DNA of 64,000 nucleotides from Chiloscyllium plagiosum (lineage: Eukaryota): NCBI RefSeq assembly GCF_004010195.1, contig NC_057750.1:13971387-14035386 (forward strand), read 5' to 3'. Positions 61,030 through 64,000 of the stretch are shown piece by piece (positions within the stretch are counted from its first letter, which is position 1; each line of letters begins with the position of its first letter). The notes beneath the pieces are model-generated. The model was not told where the DNA came from. It worked only from the letters and a program-made list of their open reading frames with translations, and did not search any database. The translations under genes were made by a program, and so were the position numbers.

Positions 61030-62250
61030 TTACAGAGAGTAGTTGTTGAAGGGAGTTTCTCGAAATGGAGAAAGGTGACCAGTGGTGTTCCACAGGGGTC
61101 AGTGTTGGTGCCACTGTTGTTTGTGATATACATAAATGATCTGGAAGAGGGCACAGTAAGCTTGCAGATGACACGAAGATTGGTGGAGTAGCAGAAGGCA
61201 TAGGGGACTGTCAAAGAATACAGGAGAATATAGATAGACTGGAGAGTTGGGTGGAGAAGTGGCAGATGGGGTTCAATCCGGGCAAATGTAAGGTGATGCA
61301 TTTTGGGAAGTCTAATTCTAGAGTGAACTAGACAGTAAACGGAAGAATCTTGGGAAAAGTTGATGAGCAGAGAGATCTGGGAATGCAGGTCCATTGTACC
61401 CTGAAGGTGGCTGCACAGGTGGATAGAGGATAGAGGTGGTCAGGAAGGCATATGGTATGCTTACCTTCATCAGATGGGGTATTGAGTATAACAGCTGGCA
61501 GGTCATGTTAAAATTGCACAAGACTTTGGTTCGGCCGCATTCAGAATACCGTGTACAGTTCTGGTCACCACATTACCAAAAGGATGTGGACGCTTTGGAG
61601 ATGGTGCAGAGAAGGTTTACGAGGATGTTGCCTGGTATNNNNNNNNNNNNNNNNNNNNNNNNNNNNNNNNNNNNNNNNNNNNNNNNNNNNNNNNNNNNNN
61701 NNNNNNNNNNNNNNNNNNNNNNNNNNNNNNNNNNNNNNNNNNNNNNNNNNNNNNNNNNNNNNNNNNNNNNNNNCTGATTGAGGTCTACAAAATCATTAAG
61801 GGTATAGACAAGGTGGATAGACATAAGCTTTTTCCCAGGGTGAGGGATTCAAGAAAGAGAGGTCACGTGTACAAGGTGAGAGGTGAAAAGTTTAATAGGG
61901 ACACAAACGGCAAGTACTTTACACAGAGGGTGGTAAGTGCATGGGAACGCGTTGCCAGCAGAGGTAGTAGAGGCAGGCATGGCAGATTCATTTAAGATGC
62001 ATCTGGACAGATGCATGAGTAGATGGGGAGCAGAGAGATACAGATCCTTAGGAATTGGGCGATTTGGATCAGCGTGCATGGGAACGCGTTGCCAGCAGAG
62101 GTAGTAGAGGCAGGCATGGCAGATTCATTTAAGATGCATCTGGAGCAGAGAGATACAGATCCTTAGGAATTGGGCGATTTGGATCAGCTCAAGCTTGGAG
62201 GGCCAAAGGGCCTGTTCCTGGGCTGTAAATTTTCTTTGTTCTTTGTTCTT
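61030..62250 (+). mobile_element. CR1/HER1 LINE 3' part, with assembly gap 61639-61773 and tandem duplication 61937-62188
   Basis: ORF 61436 reads LHKTLVRPHSEYRVQFWSPHYQKD. Confidence 0.92.
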
Positions 62251-62613
62251 AATTTTCCTGGATGAGGATGGGACCTGGCATCGGGATCAGTGGCTGCTAC
62301 ATTGGCAGAGGTGACATCGGTGAGGAAGGCCCAGAAGCAAAAAATGGCACCTGAGGATTGGTAGCTTCATCTCATTGGTGGGTCTGGTGCAGGCAGCAGT
62401 CGAGCAGTGGCTGAATGGTGTCATAGCAACATCGAGGTGGGCCCAGCAGCGAGTGATGCAGCTCTGACACTGGTGGTTCCAGTGCAGGCGGTCCTGAGGC
62501 GATCGATGGTGCCTGGAGAGTGTCGCCTTTGACATTAAGCCAAGGATATTATTAAATTAGAGAGGGTTCAGAAAGCTGTACCATGTTGTTGCTGGGAATG
62601 GAGGATTTGAGTT

Positions 62614-63047
62614 ACATAGAACATAGAAGAATACAGCGCAGTACAGGCCCTTCGGCCCTCGATGTTGCGCCGATCCAAGCCCACCTAACCTACACTAGCC
62701 CACTATCCTCCATATGCCTATCCAGTGCCCGCTTAAATGCCCATAATGAGGGAGAGTCCACCACTGCTACTGGCAGGGCATTCCATGAACTCACGACTCG
62801 CTGAGTAAAGAACCTACCCCTAACATCTGTCCTATACCTACCCCCCCTTAATTTAAAGCTATGCCCCCTTGTAATAGCTGACTCCATACGAGGAAAAAGA
62901 TTCTCACTGTCGACCCTATCTAAACCCCTAATCATCTTATACACCTCTATCAAGTCACCCCTAAACCTTCTTTTCTCCAATGAAAACAACCCCAAGTGCC
63001 TCAGCCTTTCCTCATACGATCTTTCTACCATACCAGGCAACATCCAG
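62614..63047 (-). mobile_element. Young CR1 3' end inserted in an older CR1 (+; 62540-63455)
   Basis: Intact ORF 62690-63043(-) reads MLPGMVERSYEERL...FFTQRVVSSWNALP, with a (TTCTATG) tail. Confidence 0.92.
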
Positions 63048-64000
63048 ACAAAATAGACTAGGTAAGCTGGGACTTTTTTTCACTGGGGCATAGGAGTTTG
63101 AGGGGTGACCTTATTGAGGTTTATAAATTCATGAGGGGCATAGATAAGGTGAATACCTTTTCCCTGGGGAGGGGGAGTTCAAAACTAGTGGACATATTTT
63201 TAAGGTGAGAGGAGAAAGTTTTATAAAGGACAGAAGGGGCAACCATTTTACACAGAGAATGATTCATGTATGGAATGAACTGCTGGAGAAAGTGATGGAT
63301 GCAGTTACAGTAACAATATTTTAAAAACATTTGGATATGTTCATGAATAGGAAAGGTTTGGAAGAGTATGGGCTAAACACAGGCAAGTGGGACTAGTTTA
63401 ATTTGGGAACATGTTGGTCTGTTCCCATGCTGTATGACTCTATGACGATACGACTCTGTGTATTAGAGAAGGGAACAGTCTCTGATATTTGAGTAAAATG
63501 ATAGCGTTTGGATCGATGGATATTATTCTGCTATACATTTTTAAATCTTTTATATTGTGTGATGTGCAAATAGTTTAGTTTATTCTATTTTATCCTCATT
63601 TCCTTTGCATAATAAACTTCTATTTTGTTGTTAAAATCAGGTCTGTGTCATTGCATTCAACAAGTCTCACATTTTAGTGAAAGACCACATTGACAAGTTT
63701 ATAAAAAACAAATATGCATGATCTATCAAGCCAGATTTCAGTCTAGAATCTGATTTATCAACAACTTACTAACAATATTTGCTTGAGAAAAACATTTCAA
63801 TCATTGTTTTGACACTTAGAGCTGACCCTCAGTTTGAACTATTTTGTTGAGGGGATGTGGTGGGGGTGTGTCTTAGAGTTCCAGATTTCCATTTCCCTTT
63901 TTGGTGAACAGTGTTTGTCAACACTCATTCTCATTTTAAAGTGATGCCCAATTTTCTGGTGGCTCTCCCCAATTATTTTTGACACCCCAATAATGTCAAC

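Noticed and set aside
63460..63775. Possible LTR 3' half (AATAAA, ends TAACA)
   Set aside because: No matching 5' terminus, TSD or second copy in the window, so it cannot be supported.

Overview
Repeat-saturated vertebrate DNA, almost certainly from a cartilaginous fish. This is inferred from HE1-type V-SINEs, HER1/CR1 LINEs and Deu-domain SINEs; the species cannot be fixed from sequence alone. I find no recognisable host protein-coding gene, so the window looks intergenic or intronic. Nearly every ORF in the supplied track is a transposon fragment or an antisense or shifted reading of one. Contents: about 18 HE1-like SINEs; about 10 copies of a second tRNA-SINE that shares its 3' tail with a co-resident CR1/L2-group LINE; many CR1 fragments; RTE, Rex1-like and Gypsy RT fragments; several solo LTRs; a higher-order minisatellite; and two assembly gaps. 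The most notable signal is a dense population (about 20 fragments, at least four families) of short Penelope-like-element (PLE) pieces carrying minimal type I hammerhead ribozyme motifs. Many of these are palindromic, are flanked by 14-17 bp target-site duplications (TSDs), and have 5' ends clustered at the ribozyme core. Two are physically linked to GIY-YIG endonuclease sequence. Hammerheads in PLEs are known; the boundary clustering, site re-use and target-completed helix I seen here are my own observations and inferences. Repeat boundaries were read by eye and are approximate unless a TSD is quoted.
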